Of a stretch of DNA of 64,000 bases, positions 1 through 10,044 are shown one piece after another. The position numbers and the translations under genes were made by a program. Source of the DNA: a virus (lineage: Duplodnaviria > Caudoviricetes); the IMG/VR virus record IMGVR_UViG_3300037067_011302, positions 120,220-184,219 of that record; one strand, given 5' to 3'. Each line of letters begins with the position of its first letter. The stretch's first letter is position 1. A model generated the notes under the pieces. It was given only the letters and a program-made list of their open reading frames with translations. It was not told the origin of the DNA and did not search any database.

Positions 1-584
1 GAAAAGCATGGAGTAGTCTCAAGACGATGTTCACGTCAGGTAAGGCAAATCCTGTCGCGAAGGCCGCTGGATTTGTATCACTCGTAGGAGGTGCGTGCAG
101 TCAAATGCCTCAAATCATCAAGAATGTTGTTGGAAATTTCGAGGCAACGAGCAACCAAACGTTGACCCAACTCGTCACAGACGAAAAGAAAAAGAAGCAA
201 TTGAACGATCTGCTGATGAAGGCGTTCACTCCTGACAATCCGCTCGAAAAATTCTACGGAAATACAAATGCATTCGTGAAAGACGTCATGAACACTCCGT
301 TAGAGAGCATCTCGAAGCTCGTCGACGGCGTTGCAAAGCTGAGTCCTGCCGTTGAAAGCATCATGAAATCTCAGGCAACAGAACAGCCCCAGCAAGCTCA
401 GCAGCAAGCACCCGGCACGAAGCCAGCCGAAAAACAAAATGTGTCGACCGACAATGAAGCTGCCGCGGCGCTTTCAAAGAAGATGAATGACCCTGATTTC
501 ACATTGAAATTGTTGAAACTTGCGTCAGATCCGGAGACCAAGCAACTGATGCTACGGTTGATCAATCAGCCAGCAAATCAGTGA
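1..584 (+). CDS. Hypothetical protein, C-terminal part (frame open to the window edge)
   Basis: The ORF 27..584 frame has no stop back to position 3. Helical, with a Q/P-rich linker. Confidence 0.7.
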   Translation, partial: KAWSSLKTMFTSGKANPVAKAAGFVSLVGGACSQMPQIIKNVVGNFEATSNQTLTQLVTDEKKKKQLNDLLMKAFTPDNPLEKFYGNTNAFVKDVMNTPLESISKLVDGVAKLSPAVESIMKSQATEQPQQAQQQAPGTKPAEKQNVSTDNEAAAALSKKMNDPDFTLKLLKLASDPETKQLMLRLINQPANQ

Positions 585-588
585 CCGA

Positions 589-1833
589 TCACGCAAGCAC
601 GGCACCCAATCGTTGAACTAGATCGCGCAATTGTTTGAACCGTGCGTTGACGGCAACCTCTGTCGACAATAACGTGCTTCCGTTTGAACCACGGACGATG
701 CCGTACTTCGTTGCCGCGTGAAATGCTCGTAGTGTCCTATCGATCGATTGCATCCTCGATATGTACATTTCATCCGCACGTAGCCTGATCACAACGTGAT
801 TTGGAGACAACGATCGAATACGATCGTCCAACAATGACGCAACCTCATCGACAGTCTGTTCACTACGTTTTTTTCTGATGAATTCAACGTGATCAATGAC
901 CCTACGTGACGTGCTTGATGACGTGATCGTGACGTTCGATCGTCCTATCATCGCCCTGTCAATCGTCCCACACTTTGACAACGTGATCGCACCGATCAAA
1001 TCGCCCTTTGTGCTCGACACGACGTCAATCCCTGAAACGATAGCAATGTCGTTCAGTACATTGATTCCACTGACGTCAAACTTCACCGTGAAAGGAATCA
1101 CGCCCAACGTACCTCGATCATAGTTGACGCGGATCGTGTTCAACACGTCGTCCGACAATCCTCGTGTGAACAACAACACACGTTCTCCTGATTCATGTGC
1201 ACCCTCAAATAGACCGTGTAATTCACCAACTGTTTCAACGTACCCATCAATGCACAGGATCCTGGGGTGGTGCAGAGTTGTGACAATATTCCAACATGGA
1301 ACCAATGAAAATGTGTACCCATTGATCAGTTCAATCGATTCTACGTCAGACGACGATCGTTCAATGATGATCCTTCCGTTGTATCCCGCGAGGTCGAGCG
1401 CCTCAATCACAACGTCATGAACGATCGGATCGTCGACGAATGTCTCTAAAATAGATGCAACATCACTCCTAAACGGAACGCTCACCGTCACTCCAGAGTG
1501 ACCGCTAGGGCCGCTTTCACAATTTAATGGTGGGACATCCATCGTCAGTCCAAAGGACGTTTCTAGGATGGTTTCTATGAAACTGTCGAACCCTCCCGGT
1601 CCATCCTGTTCCGCTGACAATGCATGGGATATGACAAGTTCATACACTACACGGTGAAGTTCATCGTTAAACTTCAGTCCGAACAACGTCTGGAACTTCG
1701 TCTGGATGTACGTTCTATCTCGACAGACCAACACTCGTTCTAAATGATGGGACTGGATGTTTCTCAGTTCATCAAGAATGAATTTAAGCGCAGAAATGAC
1801 TTCATTTCTCATGAAAACGTGATGACATGTCAC
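589..1833 (-). CDS. Degenerate chaperonin Cpn60/GroEL-like protein (apical and intermediate domains retained)
   Basis: LDLAGYNGRIIIERS..IELINGYTF, PRILCIDG, RVLLFTRG.SDDVLNTIRVNYDRGTL, LNDIAIVSG, LDDRIRSL, AATKYGIV align with GroEL segments. GDGTT and GGG nucleotide motifs are not conserved. Confidence 0.75.
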   Translation of the reverse strand: MTCHHVFMRNEVISALKFILDELRNIQSHHLERVLVCRDRTYIQTKFQTLFGLKFNDELHRVVYELVISHALSAEQDGPGGFDSFIETILETSFGLTMDVPPLNCESGPSGHSGVTVSVPFRSDVASILETFVDDPIVHDVVIEALDLAGYNGRIIIERSSSDVESIELINGYTFSLVPCWNIVTTLHHPRILCIDGYVETVGELHGLFEGAHESGERVLLFTRGLSDDVLNTIRVNYDRGTLGVIPFTVKFDVSGINVLNDIAIVSGIDVVSSTKGDLIGAITLSKCGTIDRAMIGRSNVTITSSSTSRRVIDHVEFIRKKRSEQTVDEVASLLDDRIRSLSPNHVVIRLRADEMYISRMQSIDRTLRAFHAATKYGIVRGSNGSTLLSTEVAVNARFKQLRDLVQRLGAVLA

Positions 1834-1922
1834 AGATGAATTTTATGCCACGATGTGACAACTGGATTGTATGCGATCACATTGAGAGATTATCTCCTCA
1901 GTGTATTCTACGCGCCCGCATT

Positions 1923-2145
1923 ATCTGATCCTCTGATATCAGAGATCTATTTATAGCTTTAAAGCTGTAAAGCTTTAAATCTGATCCTCTGATATCAGAG
2001 ATCTATTTATAGCTTTAAAGCTGTAAAGCTTTAAATCTGATCCTCTGATATCAGAGATCTAGATTTTAAGATCTTAAATTTAAGATCTTAAATATTTAAG
2101 ATCTTAAATTCTGATCTCTGATATTCTCTGATATCAGAGATATTA
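1923..2145. repeat. AT-rich tandem/palindromic repeat locus (56-bp unit x2.5, plus TTTAAGATCTTAAA x3); candidate replication origin
   Basis: TCTGATCCTCTGATATCAGAGATCT recurs at 1924, 1980 and 2036. Perfect palindromes CTCTGATATCAGAG, AGCTTTAAAGCT and TTTAAGATCTTAAA. Non-coding, between divergent genes. Confidence 0.85.
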
Positions 2146-2301
2146 CATTGTTTTCAACTTGATCAAGTATTTTTCACTTTTTTCAATTTATTTCTATTTG
2201 ATCAGTAAATGGCGCGCGAGCATACAAGAGCACGCCCGCGCGCGGGCTCGCGGGAACACAATTGTTGTTCAGTGAATGCGAACGTAGTACAATGTTGAGG
2301 T

Positions 2302-4218
2302 ATGTTTGCAGACAACATCTTCTCACAGTCGACCATTCCAGAACAAGCAAAAATCGTCTTCGTTGCAGATCTCTTTGCTGAAGACTACACTGGTGGTGCT
2401 GAACTGACGACTCAAGCTTTGATCGATTCGTGTCCATTTGAACACTGTGAATTGCGATCTGCACAGGTCTCAATTGAAACACTTAGGCAGGGAGCAGACA
2501 AATTTTGGATCTTTGGGAACTTTGCCAAACTCAATCCCCAGTTGATCCCAACGATAGTTGGCAATCTCCAATATGCAATTCTTGAGTACGATTACAAGTA
2601 CTGTCAACATCGATCTCCAGAAAAACATGCATCGATCACCGGATCACCATGTGATTGCCACAACATGTTGAATGGAAAGATTATTTCAGCATTCTACTAC
2701 GGTGCAAAGGCACTCTGGTGGATGTCAGAGAAACAAAAAGAACGTTACCAAACGTTGTTTCCTTTCTTGAGTGAGAAAGATAACTTTGTCCTGTCCAGCG
2801 TATTCGATCACAAGACGCTTGGCACGATCAAGCAATTACGATCGTTGGCAACTTCAACCGGAATCTCCAGAAACAAATGGATCGTGTTGGGTTCTGACTC
2901 TTGGATCAAAGGATTTCAGGATGCAAAGGATTGGTGTGTAAAGAATGACGTTGATCACGATGTAGTGTGGAACGTGCCGTACGATGTCATGTTGAAGATC
3001 CTATCAACTGCGAAAGGATTTGTGTACCTTCCCAAAGGAGGAGATACGTGTCCTAGAATGGTGATCGAGGCGAAACTCCTCGGATGTGAATTGCAGATCA
3101 ATGAAAATGTGCAGCATGCCGCTGAATCTTGGTTTAATGCCTCTCTTGAGGAGATCGAAGAGTACCTATACTCAGCCCCAGGATTGTTTTGGACCGCCAC
3201 GAAGAAGCTGATGGACTATCGACCTACGATCAGCGGATACACGACGACGTTCAATTGCATCAAGCAATCGTACCCATTCATCCAGTGCATCAAGTCGATG
3301 TTGACGCTTTGTGATGAGGTCTGCATCGTCGACGGAGGATCTGACGATGGTACGTTTGAAAAGTTATTGAAGATGCACGATGAAGATCCACGAATTCGAG
3401 TTCGCCGAGTCTCTCGCGATTGGACACACCCACGTTCAGCACTGTTCGACGGAATGCAGAAGGCAGAAGCAAGGACGATGTGTAAGTGTGAATTCTGTTG
3501 GCAGATGGACTCCGACGAAGTCATTCACGAGGATGACGTCAAGAAGGTCGTCGACATATGTTACCGCCTACCAAAAAACGTCAACGTTGTCTCCCTTCCA
3601 GTGATTGAATACTGGGGCGGTCCCGAGAAGGTTCGATTTGATGTCACGCCTTGGAAGTGGCGATTGACGCGGAACGTTCCGACGTTGACGCATGGAATTC
3701 CAAAATCGTTACGTCGGTACGATGAAAGTGGTGAACTATACGCTGCACCTGGAACTGATGGGTGTGATGTGATTGATTCGATCACCGGTGAGTGTCTACC
3801 ACACGTTTCATTCTACACGCAGGAGGCCGACAAAATACGTTGTGAGGCACTGTCGGGCAATGAAGAAGCAAGAAAAACATACGAACGATGGTTCAACGAA
3901 ATCACCGAAAATGTTCCTGGCGTGTTTCACTATAGTTGGTACGACCTTGAACGTAAGATCAGGCTCTACAAGGATTTCTGGACGCGTCATTGGAGTGTGT
4001 TGGAAGGAAAGACGTACGAAGACACGACAGAGACGAACATGATGTTCGACGTGCCGTGGTCAGAGGTCACCGACAAGATGATTGAAGAACGTGCTGCGCT
4101 GATGAAGGTCCTGCTAGGAGGATGGGTGTGGCACCGAAAGTGGGACGGAAGGACGATGACGCCGCACATCACGTGTTCAAGGCGACAACCGGCAATCATG
4201 ATCGAGGAGTGTAAGTAA
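2302..4218 (+). CDS. Bifunctional glycosyltransferase (N-terminal GT4/GT-B-like, C-terminal GT2)
   Basis: GGAE motif and DTCPRMVIEAKLLG (GT-B), followed by IVDGGSDDGT and WQMDSDE (GT-A DxD). Confidence 0.85.
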   Translation: MFADNIFSQSTIPEQAKIVFVADLFAEDYTGGAELTTQALIDSCPFEHCELRSAQVSIETLRQGADKFWIFGNFAKLNPQLIPTIVGNLQYAILEYDYKYCQHRSPEKHASITGSPCDCHNMLNGKIISAFYYGAKALWWMSEKQKERYQTLFPFLSEKDNFVLSSVFDHKTLGTIKQLRSLATSTGISRNKWIVLGSDSWIKGFQDAKDWCVKNDVDHDVVWNVPYDVMLKILSTAKGFVYLPKGGDTCPRMVIEAKLLGCELQINENVQHAAESWFNASLEEIEEYLYSAPGLFWTATKKLMDYRPTISGYTTTFNCIKQSYPFIQCIKSMLTLCDEVCIVDGGSDDGTFEKLLKMHDEDPRIRVRRVSRDWTHPRSALFDGMQKAEARTMCKCEFCWQMDSDEVIHEDDVKKVVDICYRLPKNVNVVSLPVIEYWGGPEKVRFDVTPWKWRLTRNVPTLTHGIPKSLRRYDESGELYAAPGTDGCDVIDSITGECLPHVSFYTQEADKIRCEALSGNEEARKTYERWFNEITENVPGVFHYSWYDLERKIRLYKDFWTRHWSVLEGKTYEDTTETNMMFDVPWSEVTDKMIEERAALMKVLLGGWVWHRKWDGRTMTPHITCSRRQPAIMIEECK

Positions 4219-4958
4219 TGAGGATCGTTCACATCAAACAGAAGTTGGAAGAACTACAGGTTGCCACCGACGGGATTGTCCTCGGCGATTTCGACATGAT
4301 CGGTGAGTTTACGGCGAAGAGGTTCAGAGACCGCAACGATCCAAACTACAAGAAGTTCGGTGCGGCGTACAGAAGCAACTATGAACGCGGCATCCTCGTT
4401 TACTTCCTGATCAGGCAATTAAACATCAAGACGATGTTGGAGATCGGCTTTGGAAGGGGATACGCAACCTTCTGCGCCGCGAAGGCGTTCGATGATGCCG
4501 GCGTCAAGGGAAAGATCGTAACGATCGATCCGAACGTCAATGAGGAACACGTCAACGCACTACAACGAGTTTTCCCCAGTTCGTGGTTCAAACACGTGAA
4601 CCTCATCAAGGGACTGTCACAGGATGTCATTCCGAAGCTCAATGAACAATTTGGGCTCGTCTACATCAACGGCGATCATTCGATGGACGCAACGAAGCGT
4701 GATTGGGAATTGACGAACGTAAAGTGTACTCACGCAACGTTGTTCGATGATTATCACCTTCCATCGAAGGACGATCCTGGAATCCATTGTCGTGATGCGA
4801 TTGATCAGATTGATTGGAAGTCGAGTGGATTTCAAGAACCTGAATTGATCAAGCTGGACAGGAGAATCTTTGTCGATGAGAGAAGGTACACCGACGAACA
4901 GGTCGACTACGGTCAGGTCTTGGCACTCAAGGAAGGCGTCGGAATTCCGGAGTGGTAA
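4218..4958 (+). CDS. Class I SAM-dependent methyltransferase (Methyltransf_24-like)
   Basis: LEIGFGRGYAT motif I, IVTID, VYINGDH, LFDDY. Confidence 0.85.
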   Translation: MRIVHIKQKLEELQVATDGIVLGDFDMIGEFTAKRFRDRNDPNYKKFGAAYRSNYERGILVYFLIRQLNIKTMLEIGFGRGYATFCAAKAFDDAGVKGKIVTIDPNVNEEHVNALQRVFPSSWFKHVNLIKGLSQDVIPKLNEQFGLVYINGDHSMDATKRDWELTNVKCTHATLFDDYHLPSKDDPGIHCRDAIDQIDWKSSGFQEPELIKLDRRIFVDERRYTDEQVDYGQVLALKEGVGIPEW

Positions 4959-5731
4959 TGGCTTCTGTCAAAGATAATCGTTTTGTGTTCGTGGCGTGCC
5001 ATTTTAACATGGCTGACACCCTTTCTAGGATGCTTCATAGCATCGTCGGTCAATCGTACGAGAACTGGAAGCTCATCATCACCGACGATGTTTCGGATCC
5101 TGATCAGTACGAAGCGCTGAAAGAAACTGTCAGTAAGTTCAGGACGCTCATGGGTTCGAGCACAAAGATTGAGACGTTCTTCAATGATACGAAGAGGTGG
5201 GAGGTAGAAAACGTCCTTCGTGCCATCAAGGAATGTGATGATGATGACATCATCTGTAGGATTGACTGCGATGATTGGTTGACAGATGCTGATGCATTGT
5301 CGATCATCGATCATGCATATAAGTCATATGCTGTCGTTGATGCAATGTGGACGAAGCACAGGTGGGGATTCAGCGATAGAAACATCAGCAATGACATGTC
5401 ACAGGGTGCTGATCCATACGTGCACCCATGGGTTTCCTCTCACCTGAAGACGTTTCGAAAGAAGTTGTTGAACGGCATCCCAGTAGAAAATTTCAAGAAC
5501 CAAGCAGGACAGTTTGTGCGTCGGGCAGGAGATCAGGCGATCTATTTACCGGCGCTCAAACGAGCAAACATGTGGTGCTTCATTCCTCGTGTAATGTATC
5601 ACTACTCGATCGACGAACGTGGAGGCGAGGTCTACACGACAGATGATGCAAAGTTTCAACGTGGTGAAGCTGAATTCTTGAGGGAACGAGGCTACGTCAA
5701 CGAAGGCGAGCCGTGGGAGAAGTTTGTGTGA
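4958..5731 (+). CDS. Glycosyltransferase family 2
   Basis: QSYENWKLIITDDVSD, RIDCDDW, SHLKTFR. Confidence 0.85.
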   Translation: MASVKDNRFVFVACHFNMADTLSRMLHSIVGQSYENWKLIITDDVSDPDQYEALKETVSKFRTLMGSSTKIETFFNDTKRWEVENVLRAIKECDDDDIICRIDCDDWLTDADALSIIDHAYKSYAVVDAMWTKHRWGFSDRNISNDMSQGADPYVHPWVSSHLKTFRKKLLNGIPVENFKNQAGQFVRRAGDQAIYLPALKRANMWCFIPRVMYHYSIDERGGEVYTTDDAKFQRGEAEFLRERGYVNEGEPWEKFV

Positions 5732-6627
5732 GAATACACATCAATCGAGTTCCTATCAGGGACAAGGCATGGGGCGGCGGTAGGCACTTTTACAACGCAG
5801 TACACGATTATGCGCCTGAATTTGGGTGTGAGCTCGTCGGAGCAACACACGTGCCTGATGCATACCTGATCGCAGGGCTCGATGACGATGATTGTTGCGT
5901 GTCGGCCGAAAAATTGTTGATGTACCGTGCACTCAGTTCTGATGTTAGGATTAGAACCGTCATTCGTGTGAATGAAAATGACGCTAGGAAGAACACGAGG
6001 TTCGTTGATGAACGTTTGTTGAACCTGTCGTCGCGAGTTGATGGGACCGTGTTCGTGTCAAATTGGCTGCGTGATTACTTCGTGCACCGAGGTTGGAAGT
6101 GTCGCAACAATTGCGTGATTCACAACGGTGTCGACAGGAATGTTTTTCGTCGTTCACAGAAGATTGACAACGGAAAAGTCAACATCGTCACGGCACATTG
6201 GAGTGACAATGCATTGAAGGGTCAGGACGTTGTTGAATGGTTGGATGAGTTCGTCGGAATGAACGCTGAACGATACACGTACACGTACATCGGTAGGACA
6301 AAGGTCCGACTACGTAATTCTAAGCTGATTGCACCATTGTATGGTAAGGCACTCGGTGAAGAACTTGGTCGGTACGACGTGTGCATCAATGCAACGAGGT
6401 TCGATCCAGGACCGAACTCAGTGCTTGAACCAATCGCTTGTGAAATTCCAACGTACGTACACGTCGACGGAGGAGGTGCAGTTGAATTTGCTGGTTCAGA
6501 TCACGCGTTTTCAAACACAAAAGAGTTGGAGATGATTGTCCTAGGTGAGCACGAATTGAACTCATTTGTGCCTAGCGAGTGGCGAAACGTCGTGAAGGAG
6601 TATGTTGATTTCGTCAGGAGCATTTAG
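5728..6627 (+). CDS. Glycosyltransferase family 4 (GT-B)
   Basis: WGGG, VFVSNW, IHNGVD, DPGPNSVLE. GTG start overlaps the upstream TGA. Confidence 0.85.
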   Translation: MRIHINRVPIRDKAWGGGRHFYNAVHDYAPEFGCELVGATHVPDAYLIAGLDDDDCCVSAEKLLMYRALSSDVRIRTVIRVNENDARKNTRFVDERLLNLSSRVDGTVFVSNWLRDYFVHRGWKCRNNCVIHNGVDRNVFRRSQKIDNGKVNIVTAHWSDNALKGQDVVEWLDEFVGMNAERYTYTYIGRTKVRLRNSKLIAPLYGKALGEELGRYDVCINATRFDPGPNSVLEPIACEIPTYVHVDGGGAVEFAGSDHAFSNTKELEMIVLGEHELNSFVPSEWRNVVKEYVDFVRSI

Positions 6628-6633
6628 AGTTCA

Positions 6634-7002
6634 ATGAAGGACACTGTAAAATTACATGAACTTTTCACAACGATCATAGGAGAACGTCTCACCGACATCA
6701 TGATGCATCGGTCGTTGAATCACACCACGTGTGTCGAGATCTATCAAGTCATCTTCAACGTATTGTCTGACATCATTTCGACGGCAAATGTACCGTTGAC
6801 AAACGAGTCGATGAACTACGTTGCTCAACAGTACTATGACGGCGTGCTCATTAATGGAAACGCTGAACTCGATCCAAACATCTTTGAACAACGTGCAAGG
6901 CTCGAAAACGTTGACACAAAGCAACTGGGATTGTTGATGGCGATGTTCAATCACACGCCGTTCGTCGTTCCGATCGTTGAGGAGTTTCGGAGGAGGAATT
7001 GA
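6634..7002 (+). CDS. Hypothetical protein
   Basis: 122-aa ORF filling the gap in a co-directional, coupled operon. Confidence 0.7.
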   Translation: MKDTVKLHELFTTIIGERLTDIMMHRSLNHTTCVEIYQVIFNVLSDIISTANVPLTNESMNYVAQQYYDGVLINGNAELDPNIFEQRARLENVDTKQLGLLMAMFNHTPFVVPIVEEFRRRN

Positions 7003-7946
7003 GGGTACACTTTGACGGCGTCGACTTAGGTTCTTACAGCGGTCCAAACACGATGGCGAGAAATCTCGTCGTCGCAATGGTTGAGATGGGACATGAGATC
7101 GTCGACGAAGGTTCACGTGCAGACGTTTCATTGGTGTTCATTGAACCTTCTGGAAAACCACTCGCCAAGAAAGTCGTTCAGAGGCTAGATGGCATCTGGT
7201 TTTCACCTTCCGACTTCCTCATGAAAAATCGTAGGATCAAGTTGCTGTACGAATCCTGTGATCACGTCATTTGGCAGTCAGAATTCGACAGGATGATGAC
7301 GACGAGGTGGTGGGGACAACCTCGCGTTGGAACGGTGATTCACAATGGAACGCCTGCTAACTCAGTCAAGTCATTTTCAATTCCAGAATTTGAAAAGCTA
7401 CGCAACGATCATGACGTGATCTTTGTGAGCTCTGCCAACTGGCACGGGCAAAAGCGTCTTCGCGCGAATGTAGATTTTTACTACTATGCCAAGGATTCAT
7501 TGTGTGCAGGCAAGAAGTGTTGCATGTTGATCTTTGGAACGAATCCTGATCGATTGATGGCGGATCCGACAATCTTCTATGCCGGATTGCAGTCGATGAA
7601 CGTGTGTTTGGAAGCCTATTCGATGGCCGACTGGATGATTCACCTTGCGTGGTGCGATCACTCACCGAATACCGTCGTCCAGTGCCTATCGCAGGAAACG
7701 CCGGTGATCTGTACTGAAGCCGGTGGAACGGTTGAACTCGTTGATAAATTTGGCATCACGTTGAAGGAACCTTGGGACTATGATTTTAGGCTCTATGACT
7801 ACGATAGTCCTCCCGACATTGACGTCGGACAGGTCGAACGTTTGCCATCGAAGAAAGAGCTCGGTCATCACCGCGACGTGTCAATGAGAACGTGTGCAGT
7901 GCGGTACGTTGACGTGCTTGAACGTGTCATTGCCGGCCAAATATAG
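6999..7946 (+). CDS. Glycosyltransferase family 4 (GT-B)
   Basis: SGPN, VQRLDG, IWQSEF, VIHNG, QKRL, DHSPNTVV, GGTVEL. Confidence 0.8.
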   Translation: MRVHFDGVDLGSYSGPNTMARNLVVAMVEMGHEIVDEGSRADVSLVFIEPSGKPLAKKVVQRLDGIWFSPSDFLMKNRRIKLLYESCDHVIWQSEFDRMMTTRWWGQPRVGTVIHNGTPANSVKSFSIPEFEKLRNDHDVIFVSSANWHGQKRLRANVDFYYYAKDSLCAGKKCCMLIFGTNPDRLMADPTIFYAGLQSMNVCLEAYSMADWMIHLAWCDHSPNTVVQCLSQETPVICTEAGGTVELVDKFGITLKEPWDYDFRLYDYDSPPDIDVGQVERLPSKKELGHHRDVSMRTCAVRYVDVLERVIAGQI

Positions 7947-7953
7947 TTGACAT

Positions 7954-8859
7954 ATGCGGAAGGTTTATGTCAATTCACCCAACGAGGGATGGATCGTTGA
8001 TAGGTTCGTCGACGAATGGTACCGCGACAACGCAGACATTTCAACGAACGATCCTACAAATGCTGACGTCATCTGGTTGTTGTCTGATTGGACGTGGAAT
8101 CGATTTCCGCTCAAGCTGTTGCGCGATAAGAAGGTCATCACCACCGTTCATCACATCGTTCCAGAAAAATTTGATTCTGCGGCGAAGGATGATTTCTTTC
8201 GTCGTGATGAGATCACTGACGTCTATCACGTCTTCAACGAAAGGGCATTGCAACAGGTTCGTTTCTTGTCAAAGAAGAACGTTGAATTGATCCCGTATTG
8301 GGCGAACCAACGCATCTGGCACAGGACCACCGATAGCAATTTTCTCCGTGCAAAGTACGGAATTCCAATTAATTCCTATGCCTGTGGTTCATTTCAACGT
8401 GACACTGAAGGTTCTGACCTCAAGAGCCCAAAACTTGAAAAGGGTCCGGACTTGCTAGCCGACGCACTCATCAAGTTCAAGAGTTGGAATGTTAACCTAC
8501 ACGTTGTCCTCGCTGGTTGGCGTAGGCAATACATCATGCGTCGTCTTGACGACGCTGGAATCAATTTTACGTACGTTGAAAGGCCAAATCAAGAGATTGT
8601 AAATGAGCTATACCAAACGCTTAGCTTATATCCTGTCACTGCTAGGCACGAAGGCGGTCCTCAATCGTTGATCGAATGTGGCTTGTTGGAAGTACCCGTC
8701 GTTTCAAGACCCGTCGGCATTGCAGAACAGGTGCTTCCATTATCGTCAATCTCTGACGACATTACGCTTGCAAAGCCAGCAGTTCCTAACGTGAAGCACA
8801 TGTTGCTTCCTGAGGGTTACAAACCGTACAGAGCGTTGATTGAGAGCGTTGAATTCTGA
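7954..8859 (+). CDS. Glycosyltransferase family 4 (GT-B)
   Basis: GSFQRD, KGPD, HEGGPQSLIE, PVVSRPVG. Confidence 0.85.
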   Translation: MRKVYVNSPNEGWIVDRFVDEWYRDNADISTNDPTNADVIWLLSDWTWNRFPLKLLRDKKVITTVHHIVPEKFDSAAKDDFFRRDEITDVYHVFNERALQQVRFLSKKNVELIPYWANQRIWHRTTDSNFLRAKYGIPINSYACGSFQRDTEGSDLKSPKLEKGPDLLADALIKFKSWNVNLHVVLAGWRRQYIMRRLDDAGINFTYVERPNQEIVNELYQTLSLYPVTARHEGGPQSLIECGLLEVPVVSRPVGIAEQVLPLSSISDDITLAKPAVPNVKHMLLPEGYKPYRALIESVEF

Positions 8860-8870
8860 GGTAAATTATC

Positions 8871-10025
8871 ATGTCGAAAAAGTTAAACATTTTGGTTCTT
8901 GACACAGATGATAGAGGAGCACAGGCAGGTTTTCCTTATCATTATTGTAAACTTGGACACAATGTTTATATGCCAAAACCAAAAAGTGTTGGAATTCCGT
9001 GGCATAGGACAGTGACTTGGCCTCGTTTGTTGATGAGACCGATGTTTGACGATAATGTGTTGATGAATGTTGATAAACATCCGTTAGAACTTCCTGTTAC
9101 ATTTGGTGAAGACAACATGCTTGTTGATGAACTTGATGATATCAGGTCACAACACATACAATCAATTGCGCGGTGTGAGCTTGTTGATCTATCAAAAGAA
9201 AAAATTCATATAGATGCGTTTCATACCTCTAGTAACGCCGTTGCTGAATTAAAAACGTTGTTCAAGTACGTTAGTGATTATACACCAAGCGCAAAGTGGA
9301 TATCATCGTCATTCAATCACTGGGATCATAATCCATATGGATTATCACCTAAAAATGTCGTGAGATCGTTGACGGCAAATTATGACAACAAATATAATGA
9401 TGTAAATGTTTGTGATTGTTATAGACATCATACAGAGTTTGACTTATTGGGTGTTGACAGAAATGTCAAGCATAATCGTAGTGGATTTGCGTCATTTAAT
9501 CACAACTACAGCATGCGTCATCCTGAGGAATGGCAATTTTTCTGTGAGATGAACAAAATACTTGTCTCTATGAGATATCCACAAGTTCCAAATCACGGTG
9601 GAAATATTAGAGGACAAGGTGCTGACACACGTTATTCTGGAAACAACGGAATAACCGGACAGTTGGTCACGTTGACTCCAAGACAAGCTGCACAAAAATA
9701 CATGACAATACGTGCAGTAGTTCATTTCAAAAAAACTGACTGGCACAGTGGTGGAGTTCCTTCGTGTTGTAGATTTGCTTCCACACCTCTGATCACCACA
9801 AGAACGTTCGTTGATACGTCGCACTCACAGTCAACGCTCATCGACGGAGAAAATTGTGTGATCGTCAACACACCACGTCAGGCCGCAGAAGCAGTGATGA
9901 GGTTGACGCACGATGATGCATACGTGAAGAAGCTTTCGCTTGGAATGGAACAATCACACAAGCGAATCTTTGAGTCGCAATCATATTGGGATGCGTGGGA
10001 ACGTATGTTGAACAACTTGGTGTGA
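8871..10025 (+). CDS. Divergent GT-B glycosyltransferase-like protein
   Basis: C-terminal STPLIT...LIDGENCVIV...AEAVMRL..D resembles the Glycos_transf_1 tail. Lower GC than its neighbours. Confidence 0.55.
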   Translation: MSKKLNILVLDTDDRGAQAGFPYHYCKLGHNVYMPKPKSVGIPWHRTVTWPRLLMRPMFDDNVLMNVDKHPLELPVTFGEDNMLVDELDDIRSQHIQSIARCELVDLSKEKIHIDAFHTSSNAVAELKTLFKYVSDYTPSAKWISSSFNHWDHNPYGLSPKNVVRSLTANYDNKYNDVNVCDCYRHHTEFDLLGVDRNVKHNRSGFASFNHNYSMRHPEEWQFFCEMNKILVSMRYPQVPNHGGNIRGQGADTRYSGNNGITGQLVTLTPRQAAQKYMTIRAVVHFKKTDWHSGGVPSCCRFASTPLITTRTFVDTSHSQSTLIDGENCVIVNTPRQAAEAVMRLTHDDAYVKKLSLGMEQSHKRIFESQSYWDAWERMLNNLV

Positions 10026-10044
10026 TTAAGTTAGGATTATAAAT

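Noticed and set aside
1923-2145. CRISPR array
   Set aside because: Units are contiguous identical repeats with no unique spacers, and no cas genes are nearby.
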